Assembly (NCBI RefSeq): GCF_025526975.1
Contig: NW_026515668.1
Coordinates: 124,001 to 188,000 of the forward strand
Source: Fimicolochytrium jonesii
Lineage: Eukaryota
Direction: 5' to 3'
Length of the DNA: 64,000 nt
A program made the translations under genes and the position numbers. The notes under the pieces are model-generated. The model was not told the DNA's origin. It was given only the letters and a program-made list of their open reading frames with translations, and did no database searches. Shown here in pieces: positions 31,478 to 42,595 of this stretch; position 1 is the first letter of the stretch; each line of letters begins with the position of its first letter.

Positions 31478-32941
31478 TTATACTTTTCGTGCCCGTTTTG
31501 AAGATTGTTCCCAGCCGTGTTCATAAGATAATCTCTCGGGAGGTAAACTCGTTCGTATACTTTTCTTTTTCCTTATTGGCGCGATGGGCGTATTTTCTGG
31601 AGCCCTCACTGCTGGGGAATCGGTGAAGATGTCTCTCTGTGTTGGTGTTGCAGAATCCTCATTTCGGGAAAGAACTTGAGTAATCGGTTCGGCGGTAACA
31701 AACTGTTCAATTGGTGTGGAGAGATCCAGAGGGGATCCTACCGTTCCAGTTGAAAGGGTAGATTTCGGACTCCTATTCGGGAAAATGTCGCTTTGAGTGA
31801 CTGCTGAACTGGCAGATGGATAACTTATTGTTGGTGAGAAATTCGTAATTATTGGTGGTGGGCGTGGTCTAGCAACCCGTGGCACATCTCCATGAGAATA
31901 TTGTGTCCCTACATCTTTGCTTTCTGTAATCTTTTCCTTTCTTAAAGTTTCTATCAATCTTTGCATCGCTCCCACCTCACTTAATGCGATAGGTGTGACG
32001 CTTTGCACTTGGCTGAGAAGTCGTTCCATCTCGTCCGGCGTCATTGTCGAAGGAACATTTTTAAAACCTACCGATTCTAACATTCTTTTGAACGTAGACA
32101 TTGTGGCTGTTGTCATCCTTCCAAGTTGCTCTTCTTGGGATCGGAGTTGTGTTTGCAAGGTTTGATTCGCGTGAGCCACTCCATCCATAAAATGTGTAAA
32201 TTTTCCTCCAGACGAGAATATAAGATCTAACGTATCGCTGTCTAGATCCGGTGTTGTACTCTGCGTTTCAACTGTTCTAAGATCTCGAACCCGATGGAGA
32301 GGAATATCTGTCTGTGTGCGGCTATTTGACATGCTTATCTTTTCAGCAGAACCGATTCGACCAATTTCGTCCGTCATTGTTTCACGATCGTTCATTTTTG
32401 TTACCACCTTGTTGTTACCAAGTATCGTATTGGTTTCGCTCATGTTTGCTTTTTCCGGAAGGTGATCATCACCGGTTCGTTGCACATTGGATGATGCATC
32501 TCCAATGAATTGATTCTGTTGAGCGCGAATGTAACTCGGCTGATGGTAAATTGTATCGCCTTTCGACGCTGTGGTTTTGGTCAAAGAGACCGTTCGACCT
32601 TGTCGAGGGAAAAGATTGTCTTTATCCAGTTCATCAAAGTATGCTTGTCTTGCACGTTCCTTATCGATAGCATGGAGCGCTTCCACAGCCTGTTTTCCAA
32701 TCTGAGACTGGTACTCTCCTTCACGGAGTTTGAGTGGTTGATCTACAGTCTTTTTTATAGAGAATGCATCCGATATTTTCCCTTTGCCTGGAACAAAGAA
32801 GGGAGTTTTGAATAAACGGTCAAAGGTCTCTTCCGGCTTTCCCTGTATGTAACCGAACTGATTTGAATGGATATTCAACACTGGAGGGGAGGGAAAAGTA
32901 TTGTTTGGCAATCGAGCAAACTTGTCGTCAAGAACCAACAT
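31478..32941 (-). CDS. Hypothetical viral protein (487 aa), S/T/P-rich C-terminus
   Basis: Long intronless ORF with no recognised domain. Confidence 0.75.
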   Translation of the reverse strand: MLVLDDKFARLPNNTFPSPPVLNIHSNQFGYIQGKPEETFDRLFKTPFFVPGKGKISDAFSIKKTVDQPLKLREGEYQSQIGKQAVEALHAIDKERARQAYFDELDKDNLFPRQGRTVSLTKTTASKGDTIYHQPSYIRAQQNQFIGDASSNVQRTGDDHLPEKANMSETNTILGNNKVVTKMNDRETMTDEIGRIGSAEKISMSNSRTQTDIPLHRVRDLRTVETQSTTPDLDSDTLDLIFSSGGKFTHFMDGVAHANQTLQTQLRSQEEQLGRMTTATMSTFKRMLESVGFKNVPSTMTPDEMERLLSQVQSVTPIALSEVGAMQRLIETLRKEKITESKDVGTQYSHGDVPRVARPRPPPIITNFSPTISYPSASSAVTQSDIFPNRSPKSTLSTGTVGSPLDLSTPIEQFVTAEPITQVLSRNEDSATPTQRDIFTDSPAVRAPENTPIAPIRKKKSIRTSLPPERLSYEHGWEQSSKRARKV

Positions 32942-32989
32942 AGAATGGAATATATATTCTTTAGTACATGTTAAGAAAAAGAATATTCA

Positions 32990-33286
32990 ATGGGATTCTT
33001 TCAAAAAGCGAGAGGAAAAGCGCGCACATTTTTTAACGAACTGCCACAAAATATCGGAAAGGCGAGGAATTTTCTAGACAAAGCGGTTTCCGTTACTCGA
33101 AAGGGATATGCGATAGCAAGCCATGTAAACAAAGGGATTCAAGAGAATGATGTCTTCCACGATAAAATCAAAGAAACTGCGCGAAAAGGGCAACAGTTTG
33201 CAGATCTGGGAATAAAGAAGGTTGAAGATTTCCATAAAGGCGGTGATCAATTCTTAGAACATTTACAGCAAACTCCAATCGGATAA
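32990..33286 (+). CDS. Small amphipathic-helix viral protein (98 aa)
   Basis: MGFFQKARGKARTFFNELPQNIGKARNFLDKAV. Sits upstream of the fibre gene. Confidence 0.65.
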   Translation: MGFFQKARGKARTFFNELPQNIGKARNFLDKAVSVTRKGYAIASHVNKGIQENDVFHDKIKETARKGQQFADLGIKKVEDFHKGGDQFLEHLQQTPIG

Positions 33287-33306
33287 TTTTCTTTAGCAAT
33301 TAGTAA

Positions 33307-36300
33307 ATGAGCGGTCTAAATTCCCGAACCTCAAGCGGAATCAGAGTGCTTGAACGAACAAATCTCGTTTCTCCTTTAGTGACCAATAGTCTTCGTGCTA
33401 ATGGAGAGAACGTATCAATTGATAATTTCATTCAGCAGGCTTTCAAAAGGTATCAAATGAAAACGGACCGATCCTTGTGAATGACATCGTTGAGAGCGAA
33501 GATGCGATTATTCACAAAACCGAAGGAGTGGCTTCAATTGAAGTAGTCCATGACAATATGGAATTTCCACTTGCAAGAGACGACGGAAGCCGAACTGTTT
33601 CCCTTTTGACAAACCTGCCTCTTGGAGTAAGTCAGGACGGATTGACTTTGTTCCACGATCAGACTCTTTCAGTGAGCAATGAAGGTTTGACTGTAAATTT
33701 TCCCCCGCCTGATCTGGAAAATCTGCAAGAACCCTTGTCAAGAGACGATGAAGGACTTAAATTGAATTTTGATGAGGATTCATTGGAGGTGAATAATGGT
33801 AAATTGGAAGTTGTCAAAGAGCCTTTGACAGCCCCTTTGACGCGTAGCGTACAAGGACTCTGTCTTGATATTGACTCTACATTGACAGTTGAAAACGGTC
33901 AGTTGTCAGTTGTTCAAGAAAATGTTGAAGCGATTGTTGACGAGGCTGTTCGAGTAGAAGTTCCGCTTTCAAAAGATGCAGATAAGGCTATCCACCTCGA
34001 TTATGGGAAAGGGTTGAAAGTAAACGATGAAGGGAACTTGGAAACCGACGTTGATACAGTGATTGTTGGGAGAGGGGCTATTTCAAACGATAAAGCAGGA
34101 AGTCTGGCACTCGATGATCTCCTGCAAGAAGGTTTTGATTCCCTTGCGGACTTTTTAGGAGAAGATACGGATGTTGATACAACCGTTGTGCGTTTGAGGA
34201 CATCTGACGACTTTCAACAGACTGGGAACAAATTGGCGATCCGTTCGAAGGGTATGGGGCAAATACCATTCTATTCTGCATTATCGGGGTTAAATGGAGA
34301 CAGTAGTTTTATGTATAATGAAACACTCAATGAACTACATGTTCCGCATGTATACGTTAACAGCAACTTCAACCCTTCGAATAATGAAGTGGTGACATCC
34401 GGGAACGTAGAGCAATTGTACCAAGCAGGGTCAGGTATAGACATATCCGGAGTGTCCAATGGTCGGCGTACTATCGATGTTAGAACAGATGCAAGTTTAG
34501 CAATTGACTCTTCACAAAATCTTTCAGTAAATCCGTCGGCTATCGTTGACAATAAAGGTGTTCGCATCGTAAATGATAAAATTGCGATAGGACTAACTTT
34601 TCAACCTGGAAATGGCGGATTGAAATTAGAGAATTCGAATCAAGTGAAACTCGCTCCATCTGTCTCAGGTTCAATCACATTCGATGGTAACAACACGTTC
34701 GGTGAGAAACTCACAGCAAGTAACGGAGTTAAACGCATAGAAGATGATTTGCAGTTGGATTTACAGCCTGGTGATTCGACTGTTACGGTAGCAGGCAATT
34801 CGATTAAGGGCGCATATACAGGATCTAATGGAGTGTCAGTTACGGGAAACACTATTTCCGGGGCCTACACCGCCGGAAACAATATATCCATTTCAGGGTC
34901 GAGCATCAGTTGCACATATCAACCTGAGCCGGAAACACCAACGGTAATTACCGGCGCTTTACCTATCATTGTAACTGGAGCAGATAAGGAGTATAACATC
35001 GCGAAACAACCTTTGGTTTTAACAGGGGGCTCCGGAATCCTCGTTGTTGGCTCCGAGGAAACCGGTTTCAATATCTCCTCGATTCAGCCCTACAAAAACC
35101 GGAAAGAAGATGATGATCCAGAAGAGAAAAATGAGGATTCGGAGCCCAGTGGCGAATCTGATCCTTTAACAGCATCTGGATCTAATCCCGTAGTCTCCGT
35201 TACCGGACCCCTTTCAACAATCCTTGGAGGCGCGGTTGGTCTCATTGGCCCTGCGGCTGGCGCTCCATTTGCCACATCTGCTATCGGTGGCGTCGGGGGT
35301 CTTCTTGGAGGACCTGCTGCAGCAGCCGGAATCCTTGGTGGTTTCATCGCTGCAAGTGGTCGAGAGAGAAAGAACCAGAAAGACGCAAATGGTAACAATG
35401 TAGTGGATTCAAAGGGAAACCCTGTTCCAGATCCAAACGGCTCACAAGTTATCATTGCAACTTTCCCTAAAACGGATGATACATCCTGTGATGTTACAAG
35501 ATTACTTTTTGACACTCCACCTCCATGTTCATATCTTGGTATTGCAGGAGAGGTCCCACAGCAGGCAATCAACTTGCAGATGCTCCGCGAATACGATTCT
35601 ACAATCATACAGCCAACTTATTCAAATTTGATAAGTCAGAATACAAGTCTTCTTTTAACTGCTATCGATAGTAAAGTCGCAAAAACGGATACCATTCCGT
35701 ATGCGAGAATAACGGGTGCTCCAGATCTCACCATCTACGAGAAGAAATTAACATTTGCTGGACCTATAATTTCCAGAGATACATCTAATACCATTTCCGT
35801 TAATACCGGAAATATCACTACCCTTGGGACACTCACATCTCTTAACGTAACAGGCGCTTTGACCGCCGGCTCCATAAGCAGTCCCACTCTGAACAATTAT
35901 CTATTATCAAGTGTTGCTTCAACAACGTATCAACCTCTAAATGCTCGTCTTACTAATTTGGGGAACATTGCGCCAACAAACACGTACATGCTTATCGCAA
36001 GCGGAGGCAATTTCATTCAATTTAGTCCTGCAGATGTTCGTGCAAATCTCTCATTAAAAAATCTGAGTTTGCTCGATACTTTAGACTACACTAGTTCGGC
36101 GTTGGTGAACAAACCTACGCTTGGTTTGCTTGCAGCACTTAGCAGTATTGACTATGCTTCGACGTACATTACTGGAAAGCCAACTCTTAATTCTCTTGCA
36201 GCACTGAGTAATATAGATTACACTTCGGCTTTACTTACAAACAAGCCTTCGCTTGGTTCACTTGCAGCACTGAGTAGTATAGATTACACTTCGGCTTTAC

Positions 36301-39300
36301 TGACAAACAAGCCTTCGCTTGGCAGTTTGGCTGCTAAATCCGTTATCAATCTTGCAAGCGCAGATGTCACCGGTATTCTTCCTGTTGGAAGTATTGACCC
36401 GAACATTGTGCTTGCTGGAACCGGTTTGACTAAAAATTCTCAAACTCCAAGTGTCAATTCTGTACAGACACAAATCACATCGGTCGGAACCCTTACTTCC
36501 CTCTCAGTTAGTGGTGCATCTACATTTACTGGAGCGGTAACGATTCCTGCTCCCACCGTCGCATCAAACCCAGCAACAAAATCATATGTGGATGGATTGA
36601 TTTCTACAACATCCGGAAATGCTCAACCTCTTAATCCTAAATTGACTGTTATTTCCTCATCTACCCCAACTGTTAATAATTTTCTCGTAGGAGATGGAAG
36701 TAATTTTGTCTCAACGACTCCATCAGCATCTAGAACAGCACTAGGGCTCGGTTCCGTGGCGTTAAAGAACACCATCACGCTCACAACAGATGTGACAGGT
36801 ATCTTGCCTCTTGCCAATATAGACGCCCAAGTAAGCACGAAAGCCTACGTCGATGCTCAGACATCAACAGTTTGGCGCAGGATTGTCAAAGTCAGGCACA
36901 GCCATTTCAGTCAACACGGATCAGTCGGCTGTTATCACCAAAGTTGGAACTCTGCAGGGGTTGAGTGTTACAGGCGACGTGACCATATCAGGGAACGCCA
37001 TCATCTCGACAGCCCCAACAGCAGATACACATCTCACAAATAAGACTTATGTTGATACGCTTCTAAGTGCAGGAACCGGTTTAACACGTACAGGAAACAA
37101 TTTCTCTGTCAATGTGGCTCAACCTCAGATAACATCAATTGGGACGTTATCATCATTGAGCGTCGGTGGGAATGCGAGTTTTGCTGGAGATGTCACGGTG
37201 TCAGGAAACGCTGTCGTCTCAACAGCACCGACCTTAGCAAATCATCTTACGAATAAGACTTATGTTGATACGCTTCTTAGTGCTGGAACAGGTTTGACAC
37301 GCACTGGAAACGCCTTTAGCGTAAATCCTGCTCAGCCTCAAATTACAAGCGTTGGAACTCTATCATCTCTGAATGTTGGTGGAAGTCTTCAAATTGCAGG
37401 GACGACTGATACTAGTTCAATCACAACTGGCGCTTTACAGGTCGCCGGAGGGGTTGGTATCTCGAAATCATTATACGTCGGTGGATATGGAATCATAAAA
37501 GAATCTACAGCCGGAAATGGACCTTCTGTAGGTCTTATAAACTCAAACGGTGGAGGTTGGACTTTGTGGCATATAGGTCAAACTAGTGGCCTTGGAACTA
37601 ATAATTTCGGCTTATACAACAATACTGCCGCAAATCTTGCGTTATCGGTGAATGTGACAACGAATGCACTAACTATCAATTCGGTATCCGACTCCAACGC
37701 TACAAATGCTGGCGCTTTACAGGTCGCCGGAGGTGTTGGTATCGCCAAGAAATTGACGGTAGGAAGTGATGCGAGTTTTGTCGGGTCAAATCAAAGTATC
37801 TTTTGGTACAACGGTTCGGTATCAACACCCACATTTGGAAGCAGCATAACGGGCAACGTTTCAGCAGCAGGGTATTTTTCCTCAAATTCGGCTATTGGCG
37901 ATATGGTAATTCGGGCACAGTACAATAATTCACCGACAAACTTACGATTCGCTAATGGACCCGGCGTATCAAATCTTGATATATTGACAAATGGAAATGT
38001 TCTAATCAATACAACAACCGACTCCTCTTCTACAACAACTGGCGCTCTAACAGTTGCTGGAGGTCTAGGTGTGGGAAAATCTCTATTTGCTGGTTCAGCC
38101 GCCACGGGAAGTCATACAATGCAAGTAAATTCAACTTCCTTTGACGTTTTGAAACTTCAAAGTCTTTCGGCATCTGGGTTTTCTTCTATCGGTTTTGTTA
38201 ACAACACAGGAACAACGGTGGGAGCATTCGGGTTCGCAGGAGTCAATACGACCGCTCCAAATGCTGGAAACTTCTTCCTATACTCCGGGTCTAATGCCAA
38301 TTTCATAATCAACTCTAACCTCCCCAGTGTACAAATTCTTTCCACCATAGATTCTACTTCGACAACATCAGGTGCATTTCTGGTGAGAGGTGGAGCGGGT
38401 ATTGCAGGAAATGTCAATCTTGGTAAAGATTTGACTGTTAATGGCACAATCTACTCCAATATTGCCTCAACCGGACCTATTGTTAGCAGCCATCTTGGGA
38501 CACCGAACTTGGCAGCGGGGAGTTTCTCAACACTTCCAATTGGAGTAGGAGCGGCTACAAATAACATGGCCAGATTGTACTTTAACTATGCTGGAGCAGG
38601 TCTTGCAACTAATACGTTGGGTTTGGGATTATGGAATGCACCTCAAGGGCTTACAGTGGATGGAACGGGAAAGGTTGTTATTCCTAATGGTTCCATCGGC
38701 AATTTAACAGTGTCAGGAAACATGAATTTCACCGGGAATCTTGCAACAATCAGTGCAACTGGTTCACAAGGTCCTCTCTCCATAGATCCGAACCAAAGTT
38801 CCAACCCTTATGTACGGGTATGGGACGATTTACGGGTGGTAGGCGATTTTTCCGTGTGGAATTCGGCCGAAAATACCACTTGGTTCAAAGTCTTTACAAA
38901 TAATGGTGTTGCATCTGTCTTTACCACAACCGATTCCACAGGCGTTGGATCAGGCGCTCTTCAAGTGTCTGGAGGCGCATCTGTAGCGAAATCTTTATAT
39001 GTTGGGGGAAATCTGAACAACAGTGGTACTGTATCGATCTTGACCACTACTGATGCCACTTCTAACGCATCAGGCGCTCTTCAAGTGAGTGGAGGCGCAT
39101 CTGTAGCGAAATCTTTATATGTTGGGTCAAATCTCAATGTGACCGGTGATTTGAACAGTCCTGCCTTAACATCGAAAACTACTTTGTTCCCTTACCCCAC
39201 AACGCCAGCAACAGGTTCCTCATGGAACGGCTATACAGTTACAGCCTCCAGCGAATACACGTATGCAAATGGAAACGGTGTAGATGGATACACTGGTCAT

Positions 39301-40233
39301 CCATTCGATGCGTACATGAACGCCTCCATTGCATCCAGACTGCGATGGCAAACCAGTTCCACAAGTACAGCCAATTTAGGTTTAGATGGAACAACACAAA
39401 GTCTTCATTACTCTTTATTGAGACTCCCGTCGGCCATTGCTATGAGTTCAATCAAACTCACCGCCTACCTGATGGACGCCGTGGCGATGCCTACTACGTT
39501 CTCCGTGATTGCCGGAACTACCGAGTCCGCTATGGTAACCATTGCAACGTTTTCGAATATACCTGGTTCTACTTGGACCACTGATGGTAATTCATTTAGT
39601 TTTGCCAACGCCACTGCTTACCCTGTTTATGGTATCTCATGGGCATACGCAAATCAAACCACAACCGGAGGGGTCGCTATCCGAAATATTCAATACAATC
39701 AAGCCGTTCCCAAAGCGACCCTTGTCACTGCTTCTGCAAACACTATAGATGTTTCCGGTGCGTTAACTACGGGCACATTCGCAGCAAGTGGTTCAGCAAC
39801 TGTGAATTCCTTGACATGCAATACGAACGTATATGCTTCACAAATCATTCAATCTGCTGTTTGTATCAAAGACGGTGTTGTAGATACGTTGTTGACCAAT
39901 GGAAACGGTTATACAGGCGGGTTTGGTCCGATAATGTGGAAAGCAGGTATGTCTGGCGTCGTTGCTCATGTTAGTTTTATGGGATATATGAATTCGAATA
40001 ACACTCGGGTAACAATAACTGTTCAAATATTGGATCAATCCTCTACCGTAGTCGCCTCTAGAGCAGTCTCGTACTACTGTGATATAAGCAATTATCAGAC
40101 TCGCTACCCATTCAGTTTTCAAGTGCCGTTGCTGTTTTCTTCGACGAATACGCAGTTAAGCGCAAGGATTGTCATACCAACATCTATAACATTATCTAAT
40201 TCATATCTCAACTTTTGGACGCAATGCTACTAA
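33307..40233 (+). pseudogene. Giant fibre/spike gene (~2,300 codons if joined), apparently broken by two frameshifts (~33440 and ~36871)
   Basis: Short ORF 33307-33480, ORF 33477-37043 and ORF 36853-40233 overlap in different frames. Fibre-shaft-like repeats (LTVENGQLSV, GKGLKVNDEGNL), TKxYVD repeats and GALQVAGGVGI repeats. The repeat pattern continues across the 36871 break. Confidence 0.8.
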
Positions 40234-40688
40234 GTATCAATATCAAGAACGCACGCTCGATGGTCTTTGTCTGTTCCACATAGCATTCTCAGTTGTCCCT
40301 TATCGTCTGTGATCCCTAGATACCCGCTCTGAAAAATGAAATCTTTACGGAGACGATTATTCTTCTTGGTAAAAATAGTGTAAATCTGCTTAAAGATTTC
40401 CCGATTCTCGTCATTTATTTTGATATATGCCATGTAACCGGGTTTGTTTAACATAGACCGACATATTCGTTCCAGACTATCGAGGTCTGCTACGAGAAAA
40501 CGAATAACAAAAACTCCCTCGATAAACTTGATATGTGAGTTAATTTCAAAAACGTTCGGCATTGGTTTGAATTTACTCAAGAAATTGACTTTGGCTGTTG
40601 GAGAAAATGCGTCCACAGTATTTCGGGATGAATGGCAACAAAATCGCCCCCACCGCTGTTGAACCGGTCTCAACAAAATCACCCCCAC
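40230..40688 (-). CDS. Hypothetical viral protein (likely start MPNVFEIN at 40562)
   Basis: Convergent with the fibre gene. The upstream part of the ORF runs into a repeat array. Confidence 0.5.
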   Translation of the reverse strand: MGVILLRPVQQRWGRFCCHSSRNTVDAFSPTAKVNFLSKFKPMPNVFEINSHIKFIEGVFVIRFLVADLDSLERICRSMLNKPGYMAYIKINDENREIFKQIYTIFTKKNNRLRKDFIFQSGYLGITDDKGQLRMLCGTDKDHRACVLDIDT

Positions 40689-40826
40689 AAATTTGAACTA
40701 CGTCTCGAAATCGCCCACTCCAAAATTATGCAAGGCGTCCGGAACAAAACACCCCCAGTGGGGGCGATTTTTACGAACCTCTTTACGTTGGGGGTGGGCG
40801 ATTTTACAAAGCCCATCACACGAACG

Positions 40827-40886
40827 GCGGGGGCATTTTGAGAAGTGGGGCAAAGTGAAAATGCCCCCCTAGAGGAACGTAGAGAA
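40827..40886 (+). repeat. Internal ~60-bp copy of the inner end of the TIR
   Basis: gcgggggcattttgagaagtggggcaaagtgaaaatgcccccctagag matches 41629-41689 in direct orientation. Confidence 0.92.
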
Positions 40887-41086
40887 TTAGGAGGATGAAT
40901 AGTATTTAGATACCTACTTGACCATTTATAGATTTGTTTCGAGTTCAATGACCGCTGATCATGTCATATAACCTCATTTCTTGACAGTTAATATCGAATG
41001 TAAGTTGTTATCGGATTTGGTTTCGGTCCCACGCCAAGATTTAAATAGAAGCGACAAGGTGCAGATTGGAGACGTGAGCATTAAAC

Positions 41087-41473
41087 ATGTCTTTCTTCAA
41101 TAAATCGCTTGTCAAAAGGTTAACGGGAGTTTCGCACCGCGAAAAGATGTCCGACGATGATTTCATAACTCGCTGTGGATTTATCACTGGTACGATAATG
41201 GGTTCAGGTTGGGAATGCAAAGAATACTTACGGGACTTTTGCAGATTCAATTCCATCATGAAACCTGCCTGGAAAAAACTGTATGACCGTTGGATTGAAA
41301 ACGAGAAAAAGGAATGGGCTTGCTTCGACGAGCCTGGAAAATTGGAGTTTGTCAAGAATGACGCTGTCACAGAGAGTCTCTCTATGCCCAACGAGTGGGC
41401 TTTTGGCACTGGCAAAATTGAAGAGAATAGTTCAGAAACCACTACCGATGCTATACCTGATAAAGCAGACTAA
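41087..41473 (+). CDS. Hypothetical viral protein (128 aa)
   Basis: Intronless ORF between the internal TIR fragment and the right TIR. Confidence 0.55.
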   Translation: MSFFNKSLVKRLTGVSHREKMSDDDFITRCGFITGTIMGSGWECKEYLRDFCRFNSIMKPAWKKLYDRWIENEKKEWACFDEPGKLEFVKNDAVTESLSMPNEWAFGTGKIEENSSETTTDAIPDKAD

Positions 41474-41621
41474 AGTTCTGAAGGAAAGCAAAGATTTGAA
41501 TGTAACGTAATTTTAAACAATGAACGAAAGAATGTTCGTATTGGTGGATGTCACAGTAGAGTATGAGTTTGTCATTTACTGTAACGGGGTCGACTAATGA
41601 AGTAGGGAAATCTATTTTCTC

Positions 41622-42392
41622 AGAATAAGCGGGGGGCATTTTGAGAAGTGGGGCAAAGTGAAAATGCCCCCCTAGAGAAATGTAGAGAAGTGGAAAGAAA
41701 AGAGAGAGTGAGGACGGGATAATAGATGTAGGGGGGCATTTTGGCAGTTTCAAAACCTATGAGAGAATATATAAAAAGTATTTGAGAAGCAATAATGAGA
41801 AAAGAAGTGTGATTTGTGTGGGAGAGGGTGGGTTCGAAAATTGCCTTTTTGCCCCCCTACATGAAATATGGTATGGGCGAATAGATAGGAAGGGTAGTTT
41901 GGCTAGACGCATGTAGGGGGGCATTTTGTTTTGCCCCCCTTTTTCAAAAATGCCCCCGCAGACGGGAAAAAGATACAGGGGGGGCATTTTGGCAGTTTCT
42001 AAACCTATGAGAGGATATATGAAAAGTTTTGAAAAGAAGAATGAGAAAAGGATGTCTCTTTTTGGTGGTGAGAGTTGGTTCGAAAATTGCCTTTTTGCCC
42101 CCCTACATGGAACAGGGAATGGGGAAGTAGTAGAAAGGTTGGTTGGACTCGACGCATGTAGGGGGGAATTTTACTTTGCCCCCCTTTTCCCAAATGCGCA
42201 AGGATGGTTAATGGCTGAAAGGCTTGTGCGGTTAATGCATAACACCGAAGGTGTAGGGTACATTGTTAATACATTACACCATACACCCGCCAGTATGGTT
42301 AATGCATTACACTTTCAGCAGCCGTTACGGTTAATGCACAGTGTTGAGTGGAGTCAGTACAGTTAATGCACAGTGCAATTGTATAGTGGATC
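41622..42392 (-). repeat. Right terminal inverted repeat (771 bp)
   Basis: Reverse complement of 18061-18831. Ends ...GTATAGTGGATC. Confidence 0.97.
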
Positions 42393-42586
42393 TGGGGTAG
42401 GGCGTGGTTGCGCCGTGCGAGCGAGATCGTCATCGGAGTTTAAAACTTTGGACTCCGCTCGTGCGCTCTGCTGCGCTTTCGTGGTTGCTTTGGTCGTACA
42501 TTTGGCCATTCTTGCAGGTGTTTATCGTAAAAAAAATGGCGGGTTTGTCGTGCGGGTTGTCGTCGTCGTTCTTCCAAAGAAGGGTG

Positions 42587-42595
42587 GTGCTACCA
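42587..42595 (-). promoter_or_regulatory. Candidate primer-binding site of the gypsy element
   Basis: TGGTAGCAC directly follows the LTR end ...TGTTACA on the minus strand, upstream of the gag ATG at 42509. Confidence 0.65.

Larger units (their letters stand above)
18024..42392. mobile_element. Endogenous Polinton-like virus (PLV), 24,369 bp
   Basis: AT-rich, intronless, gene-dense block bounded by 771-bp TIRs. Encodes capsid-like proteins, packaging ATPase, D5 helicases and two integrases. Precise removal restores the gag ORF. Confidence 0.93.
16124..42509 (-). pseudogene. gag: Ty3/gypsy gag in three pieces (42393-42509, 16821-18023, 16124-16264)
   Basis: With both insertions removed, one frame reads MAKCTTK...PRPTP-DPPVDAPH...TWEAFKDGLRNRF...QTGSIDEY...LRDQGA-CFRCRQPGHMQSECP. 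One in-frame TAA remains at 16953-16955. Confidence 0.9.

Noticed and set aside
18055..42400. Classical Polinton/Maverick with symmetric AG...CT ends and 6-bp target duplication
   Set aside because: Sequences just outside the TIRs (..TGCACT left, TGGGGT.. right) are not duplicated, the ends are asymmetric, and no pPolB or protease is recognisable.
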